Source: Phoronis australis
Lineage: Eukaryota; Animalia; Phoronida
Assembly (NCBI GenBank): GCA_002633005.1
Contig: NMRA01000043.1
Location: 726,675-790,674 of the forward strand
Direction: 5' to 3'
DNA length: 64,000 nt
Below the pieces are notes generated by a model. The model was not told where the DNA came from. It worked only from the letters and a program-made list of their open reading frames with translations, and did no database searches. Below are positions 63,855 to 64,000 of this stretch, piece after piece. The first letter of the stretch is position 1, and each line of letters begins with the position of its first letter. The position numbers were made by a program, and so were the translations under genes.

Positions 63855-63941
63855 GTGTTGAGATGATGACAAATATATGCTCCCTCTTCCAGAATAAAAT
63901 ATGAGGACACGCATTCATTACCTACCGATCTGATTCAACAC
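63855..63941 (+). ncRNA. Box C/D snoRNA, SNORD100-like, copy 2 (DKC1 intron 6)
   Basis: Box C ATGATGA (63863), the same guide GCTCCCTCTTC-CAGA, C' ATGAGGA, box D CTGA (63930), terminal stem GTGTTGA/TCAACAC. Boxes and guides are conserved with copy 1 while the flanks differ. Confidence 0.85.
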
Positions 63942-64000
63942 TCTCACCCTACACCTGGGAATGTATAGCAGTTGTTATCTGCTACAGTGAGACAAGACAT

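Overview
Eukaryotic (animal, most likely invertebrate) AT-rich genomic window with spliceosomal introns and two assembly gaps. Four protein-coding loci can be read. (1) The 59-aa microprotein COPS9/MYEOV2 (+, 3 exons, missed by the ORF track). (2) A convergent 6-coding-exon SLC16/MCT monocarboxylate transporter (-). (3) An intronless, diverged but intact TM9SF2-like gene (-), probably a retrocopy, inside a ~28 kb transposon-dense block. (4) The first six exons of dyskerin DKC1 (+). DKC1 introns carry three box C/D snoRNA candidates: two SNORD100-like paralogues and one with a possible U6 A70 guide. They also hold an AG|GT ratchet/poison site and a three-layer nest of foldback DNA transposons forming a 337-bp near-perfect hairpin. 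The intergenic DNA holds many DNA-transposon types identified from TIRs and TSDs: a hAT family with 5-bp TSDs and an intron-containing transposase remnant, plus CACTA-like, P-like, Mutator-like, ISL2EU/THAP, Harbinger, Kolobok-like, Helentron/HINE arrays and LINE fragments. All family assignments come from reading motifs by eye, with no database search.
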